Shown: positions 8,480 through 16,899 of the stretch, piece by piece
How positions within the stretch are numbered: position 1 is the first letter of the stretch
Layout: each line of letters begins with the position of its first letter
Virus record (IMG/VR): IMGVR_UViG_3300023076_000008
Span: 1 to 26,226 of that record
Direction: 5' to 3' (one strand)
From: a virus
Lineage: Duplodnaviria; Caudoviricetes
Length of the DNA: 26,226 bases
Translations under genes and position numbers: made by a program
The notes under the pieces: model-generated
What the model was told of the DNA's origin: nothing
Database searches by the model: none
What the model saw: the letters and a program-made list of their open reading frames with translations, nothing else

Positions 8480-8633
8480 GAGTTTTCCTCTCTGGGCAGT
8501 TCGGTCCAGGCGGGACGATCCAGCTAGGCCGGAACTGCGAAGAGCGGCTAGGCCGTCTCGCGGGTGGTGCCCCGTTTCCGGTGATCGTAGGGGCGAGCAC
8601 GAGCGGACGGCCGGAAGTTGCGCACGCGCGCAA

Positions 8634-8669
8634 GTAGGGCCCCGGCGAGTGCCACCGCCGGGGCCCTAC
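8634..8669 (-). terminator. Hairpin terminator after the inserted accessory genes
   Basis: Perfect 14-bp inverted repeat GTAGGGCCCCGGCG-N8-CGCCGGGGCCCTAC. Confidence 0.7.
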
Positions 8670-8684
8670 GTTCTCAGGGGTCGA

Positions 8685-9266
8685 TCAGTCGACCGGGGTG
8701 AACATCTTGCGCGCGACGGCGTGCACCGCCTTGTCGAACAGGGTGGAGGTGAAGTACCGCTCGCCGTGGTTGAGGCCCATCGGTCCGAAGTCCTGGTAGA
8801 GCAGGCCATCCGGCGAGGAGTGGTGAACCTTCTGTTGCAGCGCGGACACCACCGCCGAGACGGCGGAGTCCGGGTGCCCGTCGGCGGACGCGCCCAGGAA
8901 CGCGTCGTAGAGCCGCTGGTGCGCCTCGTGATCCATCCCGCAGTTGCACCCGGTGTTCGTTGCCGGGTCGGGGTCGGTGAAGTCGACGCCGTGGTCGGCG
9001 AACGATTTGACGGCGAGCGAGAGCGACCACAGCACCGCCCGTGCACCCCTGGTGTGCGTCTCCTCTTCCGGCTCGTCGCCGCGCGGGGCCGAGGACAGCT
9101 GGATCAGGTTGCTGAGGAACGACGTCGTGAACTGCATGGTCACTGCGGGCTCGGTCACGCTCGTGATCGCGGCACCGTTGAGCGCCCCGAGCACGAGCGC
9201 GGCCCGTGACGCCGTGTCCTCGGTCTGGTCCAGGTACGGGTTGGGAATGACGAACTGTTCAGCCAT
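8685..9266 (-). CDS. Hypothetical protein (CNCGMDH motif)
   Basis: ATG9266 with SD AGGAG; coding-like composition. Confidence 0.7.
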   Translation of the reverse strand: MAEQFVIPNPYLDQTEDTASRAALVLGALNGAAITSVTEPAVTMQFTTSFLSNLIQLSSAPRGDEPEEETHTRGARAVLWSLSLAVKSFADHGVDFTDPDPATNTGCNCGMDHEAHQRLYDAFLGASADGHPDSAVSAVVSALQQKVHHSSPDGLLYQDFGPMGLNHGERYFTSTLFDKAVHAVARKMFTPVD

Positions 9267-9283
9267 CGGGTTCGGTCTCCTGC

Positions 9284-9736
9284 TCAGTCGCGCGGCGCGA
9301 GGGTGGGGGTTTGGACGGGGGTGTTCTCCGGGCTCAACGGCGGTTCGGTCGTCGGCTCGGGAGTATTGGTCCACGCGGGTGGCGCGGGCGGGGGCTCGTT
9401 GGCGGGTGGCTCGACCGGGGCGGGCGACGTGGGTGGCACGGTCGGGTCGTCGGCGGCGAGCAGCTCGACCGGAGCCCGGTCAGCGGCGGACGACGTCGAG
9501 ACGACGGCGGCCGCGGTGTCGACGGGGGCGCCAACCGCCCCATGCACGGCGCCGGGGTCGTCGCTCGTCAGGTTCACCGACGGCGCGTCGGTAGCAACCT
9601 GGCGGACGACGATGTCCCGACGCTGCACGGGCGCACTGCCAGTGGCCCCGGCCGAGCCGACGAGCAGCCCGGCGAGCACCGTGATTCCTGCGATCACGAG
9701 GCCGATCACGGCCCCTCTCCGGTTGATCTTGAACAT
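9284..9736 (-). CDS. Secreted or membrane-anchored Pro/Thr-rich protein
   Basis: MFKINRRGAVIGLVIAGITVLAGLLVGSAGA signal/TM segment; Pro-rich C-terminus; SD AGAGGGG. Confidence 0.7.
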   Translation of the reverse strand: MFKINRRGAVIGLVIAGITVLAGLLVGSAGATGSAPVQRRDIVVRQVATDAPSVNLTSDDPGAVHGAVGAPVDTAAAVVSTSSAADRAPVELLAADDPTVPPTSPAPVEPPANEPPPAPPAWTNTPEPTTEPPLSPENTPVQTPTLAPRD

Positions 9737-9746
9737 GGTTCCCCCT

Positions 9747-10046
9747 CTATCGTTTCGTCCACTGCGAGCGCGGCGGACTACAGGTCTTGCGGTGCGGCAT
9801 GTGGAGCTCGACCCCCGCGGCCGCCGCGGCGTCGCGCTTGGCGCGCGTCGCGAACCCGCCAGCGAAGTACTTGCCGCCGACCACCGAGATCGCCACCTGC
9901 TCGTGCACCTGGAGCGCTCCCACATTGGGTTCGACGTCCACCGCGATGCTGACCGGGTGGCCCTTGGACTTGGCCGCGGTCTCACACCAGACGACCGACG
10001 CGCGGCACTTGTCGCAGCGAACCTTGCTCTCCGGTGGGATGCGCAC
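9747..10046 (-). CDS. Putative Zn-binding protein (CxxC...HxxxC)
   Basis: RCDKCRASVVW...VDVEP...HMPHRKTC; SD GAGG. Confidence 0.7.
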   Translation of the reverse strand: MRIPPESKVRCDKCRASVVWCETAAKSKGHPVSIAVDVEPNVGALQVHEQVAISVVGGKYFAGGFATRAKRDAAAAAGVELHMPHRKTCSPPRSQWTKR

Positions 10047-10055
10047 GGCCGACCT

Positions 10056-10343
10056 CTAGTCCTCGTCGGTCTCTTCGGCGGCGACCGGGTGGACCCGCCA
10101 GGTGGTGCCCTGCGCGCCGGAGTGCGCCAGCTCGATTCGGACGTTCCACGGTAGCGCGTCGAGCACCTCGCGCCATGCCTGCTGACTGGATCCGGCCGGG
10201 GCGGTGACGGCTATGTAGTCGCCGTGCGCCGGGGCGATGACGACCACGAGGGGACGGGTCCCGTTGGGGAGCAGGGCGGCCGCGGTGATGCGGTAGCCGA
10301 TCTGTTCGGCGGCCGCTCGGCGGTTCTTCGGCATGTTCTTCAA
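10056..10343 (-). CDS. Hypothetical protein
   Basis: TTG start with SD GGAGG, downstream of repeat promoter copy 1. Confidence 0.65.
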   Translation of the reverse strand: MKNMPKNRRAAAEQIGYRITAAALLPNGTRPLVVVIAPAHGDYIAVTAPAGSSQQAWREVLDALPWNVRIELAHSGAQGTTWRVHPVAAEETDED

Positions 10344-10381
10344 TGTGGGTCCTCCGTGGTCGTCGTTCCCGTGATGACCGA

Positions 10382-10410
10382 ACGGTACCCCCTACTGGTG
10401 GGGGTGTCAA
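10382..10410 (-). promoter_or_regulatory. Repeat promoter copy 1: TTGACA-17-TACCGT
   Basis: Sigma70/HrdB-like hexamers with the GTAGGGGGTA core. Confidence 0.75.
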
Positions 10411-10473
10411 ATGGGGTACGCTGCGCACGGCCTGCTAGGGCCCCCGCTACGGGTGAACGACGGAGGTAGCACG

Positions 10474-10893
10474 ATGCCGCACGAGAAGATCCACGACCGG
10501 CACAACCGGTCGACACTGCCCGGCGAAGAGGTCCAGCCGCCACAGCCGTTCCTGGAGATCGGCTGGTCGTCCGGCCCCACCCCGTTGCACATCGACGAGC
10601 AGCCCGACGGCTGGGTGCAGGTGTCCGCGAACCGCGACACCACGGGCGCCCGCATCCCGTGCGAGACCCTGGACTACTCCGAGGCGAGCACGCGCCAGTT
10701 CCTCGCGCAGCACCTTGACGGGCTGGCCGCGTCCCAGATTGACGCCGTCGCGTCCCTGCTCGCCGGTCACATGCGGTGGGCTTGGGGTGAAGACCTCCAG
10801 CAGCTCGCCATCCAGCTGGACCGCGAGGGCTGCAACAAGGTGGTGCGCACGCTGCGCCGGGCCCGCGACCGGGCGTTCGGCGCCGACGCGTAG
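10474..10893 (+). CDS. Conserved actinophage-type hypothetical protein; only supported plus-strand gene
   Basis: MPHEKI...LDREGCNKVVRTLRRARDRAFGADA; SD GGAGG; followed by a hairpin. Confidence 0.8.
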   Translation: MPHEKIHDRHNRSTLPGEEVQPPQPFLEIGWSSGPTPLHIDEQPDGWVQVSANRDTTGARIPCETLDYSEASTRQFLAQHLDGLAASQIDAVASLLAGHMRWAWGEDLQQLAIQLDREGCNKVVRTLRRARDRAFGADA

Positions 10894-10944
10894 GCTCTGC
10901 CCCCGCTCGCTTGTGTTGCGGAAGTGTTCAGGGGTGAACGGCAG

Positions 10945-10980
10945 GAACGGCCCGTCTCGGAAAACCGGGGCGGGCCGTTC
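10945..10980. terminator. Bidirectional hairpin terminator between convergent genes
   Basis: GAACGGCCCGTCTCGG-AAAA-CCGGGGCGGGCCGTTC. Confidence 0.75.
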
Positions 10981-11001
10981 TGCGTCCGGGTTATCTCGAA
11001 A

Positions 11002-13029
11002 TCAGTCGAGTACCGCGAACTGGTCCAGCTCGGCGAGCGCCTCCGCCTGCAACGCCCCCACGTCGATACGTTCCAGCTCGGCGAGATACTCCGCCTGCTC
11101 CATCCCGGCGCGCTGCTGACGAACCCACTCGGCCAGTTCGACCACTCCCGCCTCGAACGCGTCGTGCGCAGCACTCGCCTTGGCGCTCGCGCGCGGGCGA
11201 CCTCCGGCGACGAGCGCCACCACCTTGCCGCCGGCCACCAGCGCACGCGTGCCGACGAATCCCTGTGTGTTCACTTGCAGCACCGCGACCATCTCCAGCG
11301 CGCCCCGGATGGTCCGCCAGTCGCCGGACGGGCCGGACATGCGGAACTGGTGCAGCTCCTCCGAGGACAGGTTCCCGCGCACCACCCCGGACACCCAGAT
11401 GCCGTACTTGCCGTCGACTGCCCGCACGTCGGCAACCGCGGTGCACACGTTGTCGTAGTGCAGCGCAGCCTGCCGCCCGGACAGCTGGCGACGCACGGTC
11501 GCGTGGCCCTCCAGCTGAGGATCGCGCGACATCGTGACGACCCCGGCCGGGAGATCGCCGGACTCGGTGCGGACCACGCCCGTGTGGAAGTAGGCGTAGT
11601 TCGACGTCGAGCGCGGCGCCATCTTGCACTCACCCGCGAACCCGATGTGGCAGGCGCCCCACGCGGCGACGTGGCCGGACACGAGGTGCAGCCCGTTGGG
11701 GCCCTCGGTCACGGTGAACGGCTGGAACCGGTCGGGCTCCGGCTGGTTGAATGCGGCCGCGGGCAGCGTCGGAATGGCGGCCGCCACGATGGCGTCACCC
11801 CCGCCGATCGGGTAGTCGGTGACCTCTCCGCCGATCGCGACGCGGATCCGGTCGAACTCGATCGGGCCGGTGAGCGACAGCGCGGACACGTCGAGCCCGT
11901 AGCCCGCGGTCATGTGCGGCACGAACGGCTCGTGCTGGTCGGGCCAGTCCGCGTCGCCAATCCGCTGCTTGAGGCCGTCGACGACCGCCATGCGCAGCGC
12001 GGCCAGGCTTCCGGAGTCGCCGAGCAGGTACACCGCGCACGGCGTGCTCGTGCCGTCCTCGCCGCCGTCCGGGTTGAACACGGCGTGCGCGAACACGCGG
12101 GCTCGCTCGCCGCCCGGCCCTCCGGCGGACGAGTCGCCCCACAGCCCCGCGAGGTGCTGCGCGTCCTCGTGCACCGCGGCCCGCTGCTCGTCGGTCCACT
12201 GGTCCACCTTGTCTCCGAGATAGGCCAGGGTCACGTGCAGGTCTTCGGCGGGCTCGCCGCCGGGCACGGCGTAGGCCTCCGGGTCGGCGGGCAGGAGAGC
12301 TACCATGCCGTCGGTGCGATGCTCCGGGACCTCTTCGTCGTCGGCGGGCTCCGCGGGGAGCGCGTCCTCCGGGTCGTCGAGCGCGAGCACAGAGCACGGA
12401 ACGCACGTGTCGCCGAGTTCGCCCGCGCGCCACGACACGGCGGCCGCCGTGATGACCTGTCCACCTTCCGGCACGAGCAGCTCGCCGTCCATCTCCACGT
12501 AGGCGTCCGGGAATGCGGGCTGCGCCACCAGCGTGGTGGCCGCGATCGTGCCGTCGGTCATGCGGACGCCGTCCGGCTCGGCCTCCGGGTCGTCCTCGGA
12601 CCCCTCCGGGTAGGTCAGCTCCGCGACGACGGCCGACAGGTCGATCGAGTTGCCGGAGAGCGCCCGATCCTTGACCATCCGGTAGGCGGGCACGTCGGTG
12701 TACATCCATCCAGACCCCGCCCACACGAACGTCCCCTCGGGGAAGGGCTCGTTCGTCTGGCGCGAGATCACCGACGGGCCGGGCACCCGCACCATCTCGG
12801 TCACGGCGCCGACGATGTCCGCGTTGTCGTGGCCGTCGCCGCCGTCGGGGGTGCGGGTCTGCGCGAGCAGGGACAGGGGCAGCGCGCGGTGCTTGATCGC
12901 GCCGACCTCCAGGTAGCGCCCGTCCGCGGTGGGCATCCCCTCAATCGCCATGACGGGCAGCCGGATGGCGACGGCGTTCTCGGGGATACCCGTGCTGGGC
13001 GCGTCGGTGTCGATCACTGGAGCGGTCAC
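11002..13029 (-). CDS. Capsid maturation protease with an internal 2H phosphoesterase (LigT/Acb1-like) domain
   Basis: GTGA overlap with the portal stop. N-domain EGMPTADGR...LPLSL...GH...SIDL...TTLVAQPAF. Middle LHVTLAYLG and PHMTAGY. C-domain GHVAAWGACH...HYDN...GIWVSG...SGDWR. Confidence 0.8.
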   Translation of the reverse strand: MTAPVIDTDAPSTGIPENAVAIRLPVMAIEGMPTADGRYLEVGAIKHRALPLSLLAQTRTPDGGDGHDNADIVGAVTEMVRVPGPSVISRQTNEPFPEGTFVWAGSGWMYTDVPAYRMVKDRALSGNSIDLSAVVAELTYPEGSEDDPEAEPDGVRMTDGTIAATTLVAQPAFPDAYVEMDGELLVPEGGQVITAAAVSWRAGELGDTCVPCSVLALDDPEDALPAEPADDEEVPEHRTDGMVALLPADPEAYAVPGGEPAEDLHVTLAYLGDKVDQWTDEQRAAVHEDAQHLAGLWGDSSAGGPGGERARVFAHAVFNPDGGEDGTSTPCAVYLLGDSGSLAALRMAVVDGLKQRIGDADWPDQHEPFVPHMTAGYGLDVSALSLTGPIEFDRIRVAIGGEVTDYPIGGGDAIVAAAIPTLPAAAFNQPEPDRFQPFTVTEGPNGLHLVSGHVAAWGACHIGFAGECKMAPRSTSNYAYFHTGVVRTESGDLPAGVVTMSRDPQLEGHATVRRQLSGRQAALHYDNVCTAVADVRAVDGKYGIWVSGVVRGNLSSEELHQFRMSGPSGDWRTIRGALEMVAVLQVNTQGFVGTRALVAGGKVVALVAGGRPRASAKASAAHDAFEAGVVELAEWVRQQRAGMEQAEYLAELERIDVGALQAEALAELDQFAVLD

Positions 13030-15863
13030 GCCGCGCCTCCCTTGCCCTTGATGAATCGAGCCTGCAAATCTTGGATGTGCTGCCAGCGGGCACGCTGCTC
13101 TTGGGCGGTGGTGCCGGTGCGGCCCGCGCGGTCGTCGCCCTCCGCCAGCGTGATGATCTCCGCCATCCCCTTGGTGGGGATCCGGAGGCGCTCGTCCACC
13201 TGGTCCCCGTAGGCGGGCAGCGCGTAGCCGGGCACGTAGTCGCACATACAACCGCCGTGGTCGCCCGGCCGGAAGTGGGGCCCGACCCACGCGTACCGGC
13301 CCGCGTAGTTGTCGACCGTGTCCAGGATCGGATCCGACCAGTCGGTGAACCGCTTCCCCTCCAGCTCCAGGTGTGGATCGAACTTCCGACTCAGCGGGGT
13401 GATCCCGTACACCCACGTGTAGCCGAGCGTGAAGCCGCCGGCCTCTTCGATCTCCCGCGTGACGGTGTCCCCGTTGGCGAGCCCGCCGACTGGTTCGCCG
13501 TCGACGCTGCGCCCGTAGGGGTCGAGCCCGCCGGAGGTCTCGGAGAGCCCGCCCACGATGGCGAGCGCGGTGCGCACCGCGTAGGCGGGCACCGCGCCGT
13601 CGATCAGTTCGCCCTCGTCCGCGTCGGGGGGGCCGTCGCCGAACATCTTCTCGCGCGCCCGGTCGAGCAGCGTCCCGTGCAGGCTCGCCCACCCTTCGTC
13701 GAGTCGGGCCGTCATGCGCGAGGTCATCCGGGCGGCGATCTTTTTGCCGGGGCCGGAGTCGCTCTTCAGGCCGAGCATCCGGAGCACGCGGTCCACGATG
13801 GCGGAGATGCCGAGCGTGACGATCGCGAGGAACTTCTCCGCCAGTTCTTCGAACGCGTCGGCGAGTAGGTGTTCGTCCGTGCCGCCGAGCGCGAGCGCTT
13901 GGGTCCGCCCGATGGTGGTCAGCACGGTGAGGCTGTCGAGCCCGCGCAGGCGGAGGGACAGCTCGCGGTCGGCGGTCGCCTTGCTGCGCAGGCGGGACCC
14001 GGCGCGCTCCAGCACGCGCACGAGCGCGGCCTCTGCCGCGGCGTGCACCTGCGCGCGGATGGCGCGGTCGGTCTCCATGAGGGAACGCGCCTCGTCGAGT
14101 GCGAGCCGGTACTCCGGGACCTCGCTCGCGGCCGCCGTCAGTCCACTGTGGATGATCGACTGAGGCTGTCCGGATACGGCGTTTCCACCGGCAGGGGCCG
14201 TGAGAGCGCTTCCATGGGCGCTCGCCGCCAGGCCGGGTGGCGGGGCCGGAGTCGACCCCGGCGCGTCACCCGGACCGACGGGCGCCGGGGTCTCGGCAGG
14301 CGCCCGCGGCGACGTCGACGCGATGGCCGCGGGCACGTCCGGCACTTCGATGTCGAGCGTGCCGCCAGCCTGGTGCCGGGCGTACGCCGTCATGATCGCG
14401 GTCGCGGTCGCCTGGTCCATGCCAGCCGTCATGGCGATCATGTAGAGCATCTCTTCGGCGGTCGGCGCGTCCTCGTCGTTGAAGCCGAGCGCCTTACGGA
14501 ACGCGGCAGGCCCGATATCCCCGGTCTTGCGCGCGTCGATCGCGTCCTGTCGACGGTTCGGGTTCTCGGTCAACCCGCCCAGGTCGTACCAGACGACGAT
14601 CTGCCGGACCTCCGCGAAGCTGAACCCGCGATCGAGCAGCGCCGTGCGCAGGAACGCCGCCGTGAGGCTGTCCGCCATCAGTCGGACCGACGGCTCCAGG
14701 TGGTGGGACACGGTCGCCGTGTCGATCTGCCAGGCGCTCCAGTGGTTCGCCTGCGCCATGCCGGTGATCACTTCCGGCGGAATGTCCAGACCGTTACCCA
14801 TGCGGGACAGCGCGGCGTCGAGCTTTTCGAGCAGCTTCGGCGAGTCCTCACGGACAAGCGAGATGTGCCGGAGTTCCTTCAGGTCGGCGACCTCGCCCGT
14901 GATCATCACCGGGGCGACCTGACCGGCGTCACCCTCGTTGCTGATCGGCGTCACCAGCGCCAACTGAAGATCCTGCGCCATGCTGGTGTCGGGGTCCTCC
15001 GCTTCCTCCGTGTCCTCGCGGGTGTTCAGCGGCAGGGTGAGGCCACGCGGCACGAGCAGCAGGCCGTTGGACGCGATACGCGAGCGGCTGACGCTACGCA
15101 TCTCCCGGCCAATGAGGACGATCTCCTCCAGCACGGTGAGCATCGACCGGCACGACGAGTCCGCCTCATGCGGCTTCTCCGGGTGCTCGACCCACAGCCG
15201 GTACAGCTCTTCGGTGCCGCGCTCGCCGCCGATCTCGCCGAGGTCGAGCCGCCGTTGCGCACCGAGCAGGGCCGGATCCTTCAAGATCACGTGCCGGGCG
15301 TCCGCCGACATCTCGATCTCCGAGGTGCTGCGGAACTTCCACGCCTCCTCGCCGGTCATCGGATCGACGAACCCGTGCAGCCACCCTTCGCCCGCGGCGT
15401 CGAAGTTCTGCGACCACCGGCCGAGGAAGCTGTGACCCTGGTCGATCGGGAGCCGCGCGAGTTCCTCCTCCGCGGCCTGCGCGAGCGCCGGGGTCACCGT
15501 GACGCGAGCCGCCTTTTCCTCGTCCTTGGACAGGCGCAGGGACAGCGCGATCGGCTCGTCGTCCGTCGGGTCCGGATTGGTCTGCGCGGCGTAGAGCCGG
15601 ACCTTGGAGATCGCGCGGGCCCGGAACTCCATCGCGTAGCGCAGCTCCGGGATCAGCTCGCGATACCCCCACGCCTGGCCCTGCCATTTCGCGCGGATGG
15701 CCGAGAGCGCGCGGAGCTGGTCCGGCGAGTTGGTCGGCTGAATGCGGATGCCCGTGGACGTCATGACCCCGCCCCCGCCCGGCCGGGGCGGGGGCGGAGG
15801 CAGCTTCGGCGCCTTGCCCGCGAGGGCGGCACCGGAAGCGCGGATGCGGTCGAGCAGCGGCAC
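13026..15863 (-). CDS. Portal protein fused to a MuF-like minor head domain
   Basis: WQGQAWGYRELIPELRYA, GLDIPPEVITGMAQANHWSAWQI, VVWYD portal motifs; Pro/Ala linker; C-terminal TWVYG...PHLELEG...PGDHGGCMC. Confidence 0.85.
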   Translation of the reverse strand: MPLLDRIRASGAALAGKAPKLPPPPPRPGGGGVMTSTGIRIQPTNSPDQLRALSAIRAKWQGQAWGYRELIPELRYAMEFRARAISKVRLYAAQTNPDPTDDEPIALSLRLSKDEEKAARVTVTPALAQAAEEELARLPIDQGHSFLGRWSQNFDAAGEGWLHGFVDPMTGEEAWKFRSTSEIEMSADARHVILKDPALLGAQRRLDLGEIGGERGTEELYRLWVEHPEKPHEADSSCRSMLTVLEEIVLIGREMRSVSRSRIASNGLLLVPRGLTLPLNTREDTEEAEDPDTSMAQDLQLALVTPISNEGDAGQVAPVMITGEVADLKELRHISLVREDSPKLLEKLDAALSRMGNGLDIPPEVITGMAQANHWSAWQIDTATVSHHLEPSVRLMADSLTAAFLRTALLDRGFSFAEVRQIVVWYDLGGLTENPNRRQDAIDARKTGDIGPAAFRKALGFNDEDAPTAEEMLYMIAMTAGMDQATATAIMTAYARHQAGGTLDIEVPDVPAAIASTSPRAPAETPAPVGPGDAPGSTPAPPPGLAASAHGSALTAPAGGNAVSGQPQSIIHSGLTAAASEVPEYRLALDEARSLMETDRAIRAQVHAAAEAALVRVLERAGSRLRSKATADRELSLRLRGLDSLTVLTTIGRTQALALGGTDEHLLADAFEELAEKFLAIVTLGISAIVDRVLRMLGLKSDSGPGKKIAARMTSRMTARLDEGWASLHGTLLDRAREKMFGDGPPDADEGELIDGAVPAYAVRTALAIVGGLSETSGGLDPYGRSVDGEPVGGLANGDTVTREIEEAGGFTLGYTWVYGITPLSRKFDPHLELEGKRFTDWSDPILDTVDNYAGRYAWVGPHFRPGDHGGCMCDYVPGYALPAYGDQVDERLRIPTKGMAEIITLAEGDDRAGRTGTTAQEQRARWQHIQDLQARFIKGKGGAA

Positions 15864-15872
15864 GGCGGCCCC

Positions 15873-16190
15873 CTAGTCGTGGGTGTGCGTGGAGATCAGA
15901 CCGACCACCGCGGAGAGCGCCAGCGCGGCCGCCAGGGGCGCCCACAGCCTGCGATACGGGGACGCGCTAGCCGCCACCACGCCCGCGGACACCCAGAACC
16001 CGAGACACCAGGGGCAGTCGATCAGGTCGGATACCGGCAGGTGCCCGTACTTCGCGAGCAGCTTCTCCCGCACGGCGGGCAGCGGGGGCAGGCTGTCGCG
16101 CTGCAAGAGTCGCGTGATCCGGTAGGCCGCGAGGCCGTTGACCGCCAGCGCAGCGAGCGTCGACGGGGCAGCGCTGCGCCAGCGCGTCAC
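15873..16190 (-). CDS. DUF1360-like membrane protein
   Basis: LAAYRITRLLQRDSL...DLIDCPWCLGFWVS; GTGA overlap at 16187-16190. Confidence 0.8.
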   Translation of the reverse strand: MTRWRSAAPSTLAALAVNGLAAYRITRLLQRDSLPPLPAVREKLLAKYGHLPVSDLIDCPWCLGFWVSAGVVAASASPYRRLWAPLAAALALSAVVGLISTHTHD

Positions 16191-16597
16191 TGCGTCCATG
16201 CGTGAAGGGTGTGCGCCCACTCCGGAAACCAGCCTTTCAGTGCTCGCGCCCCGCACCCGCACCCGGCTAGCGGGGTGATGGTCACGCGGCCCGCCTCGGT
16301 GAGGATCGGAATTCCACTGTGGCGTGCAGTCTGGTCGTCGACAGGCTTCGGCGTCTTGTCGTAGTCGATCGGCGACCAGAACAGGGCGTCGATCGATTCC
16401 ACCTGGCGCACGTCGGCGGGCTGCTTGTCGTACACGTACAGGCCCTTGTCGGTGGCGAACACCTTGACGTTGCGCCGGGCTCGTCGGTCCTCTCCGGGCA
16501 GCACGACCATGGCGGGCCACCAGGCGTGCCAGCGCAGCGCGGTCGGCACGGGGGGCGGTTCAGGGGCGGGGACGGGTGCGGCTGCTCGACGCGCCAT
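16187..16597 (-). CDS. Hypothetical protein (GCGCG motif)
   Basis: ATG16597 with SD AAGGA; KVFATDKGLYVY...AGCGCGARALKGW. Confidence 0.75.
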   Translation of the reverse strand: MARRAAAPVPAPEPPPVPTALRWHAWWPAMVVLPGEDRRARRNVKVFATDKGLYVYDKQPADVRQVESIDALFWSPIDYDKTPKPVDDQTARHSGIPILTEAGRVTITPLAGCGCGARALKGWFPEWAHTLHAWTQ

Positions 16598-16647
16598 GGG
16601 AGGGTTCCTTCGCTTAGTTCGGATTCCTCGCTGATCGTAACGCGAGG

Positions 16648-16684
16648 AAGCCCCCCGTTCTCCGGTGTGGAGTGCGGGGGGCTT
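16648..16684 (-). terminator. Hairpin terminator
   Basis: AAGCCCCCCG...CTCC-ggtgt-GGAG...CGGGGGGCTT. Confidence 0.65.
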
Positions 16685-16720
16685 TCGCGCCATGCCGTGT
16701 TACGTGAGGCGGGCAGGCTA

Positions 16721-16849
16721 TCAGGGGCAATTACCGTTGGCGCACGGCGTGCACATCGGCTGACCAGCGGCCACCTGATTGCCGCAGTTGCAGCCGCAGC
16801 AACAGGTGGCGACGAACTGGAGCAGGGCAGCGAGCAGGGTTGCGAGCAT
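16721..16849 (-). CDS. 42-aa Cys-rich microprotein (not in the ORF track)
   Basis: MLATLLAALLQFVATCCCGCNCGNQVAAGQPMCTPCANGNCP; SD GAGGGGG; tandem TGA TAG stops; downstream hairpin. Confidence 0.7.
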   Translation of the reverse strand: MLATLLAALLQFVATCCCGCNCGNQVAAGQPMCTPCANGNCP

Positions 16850-16899
16850 GAGGGCCCCCTCGGGTCGCGTGTTTCTGAATCGGTACAGGTGGCGAGTCG

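Noticed and set aside
13030-13692. N-terminal extensions given by the ORF track (also 4102-4566, 1600-1980, 22010-22705, 17230-17736)
   Set aside because: They overlap upstream genes out of frame; downstream starts have SD sites or 1-4 nt stop/start overlaps.
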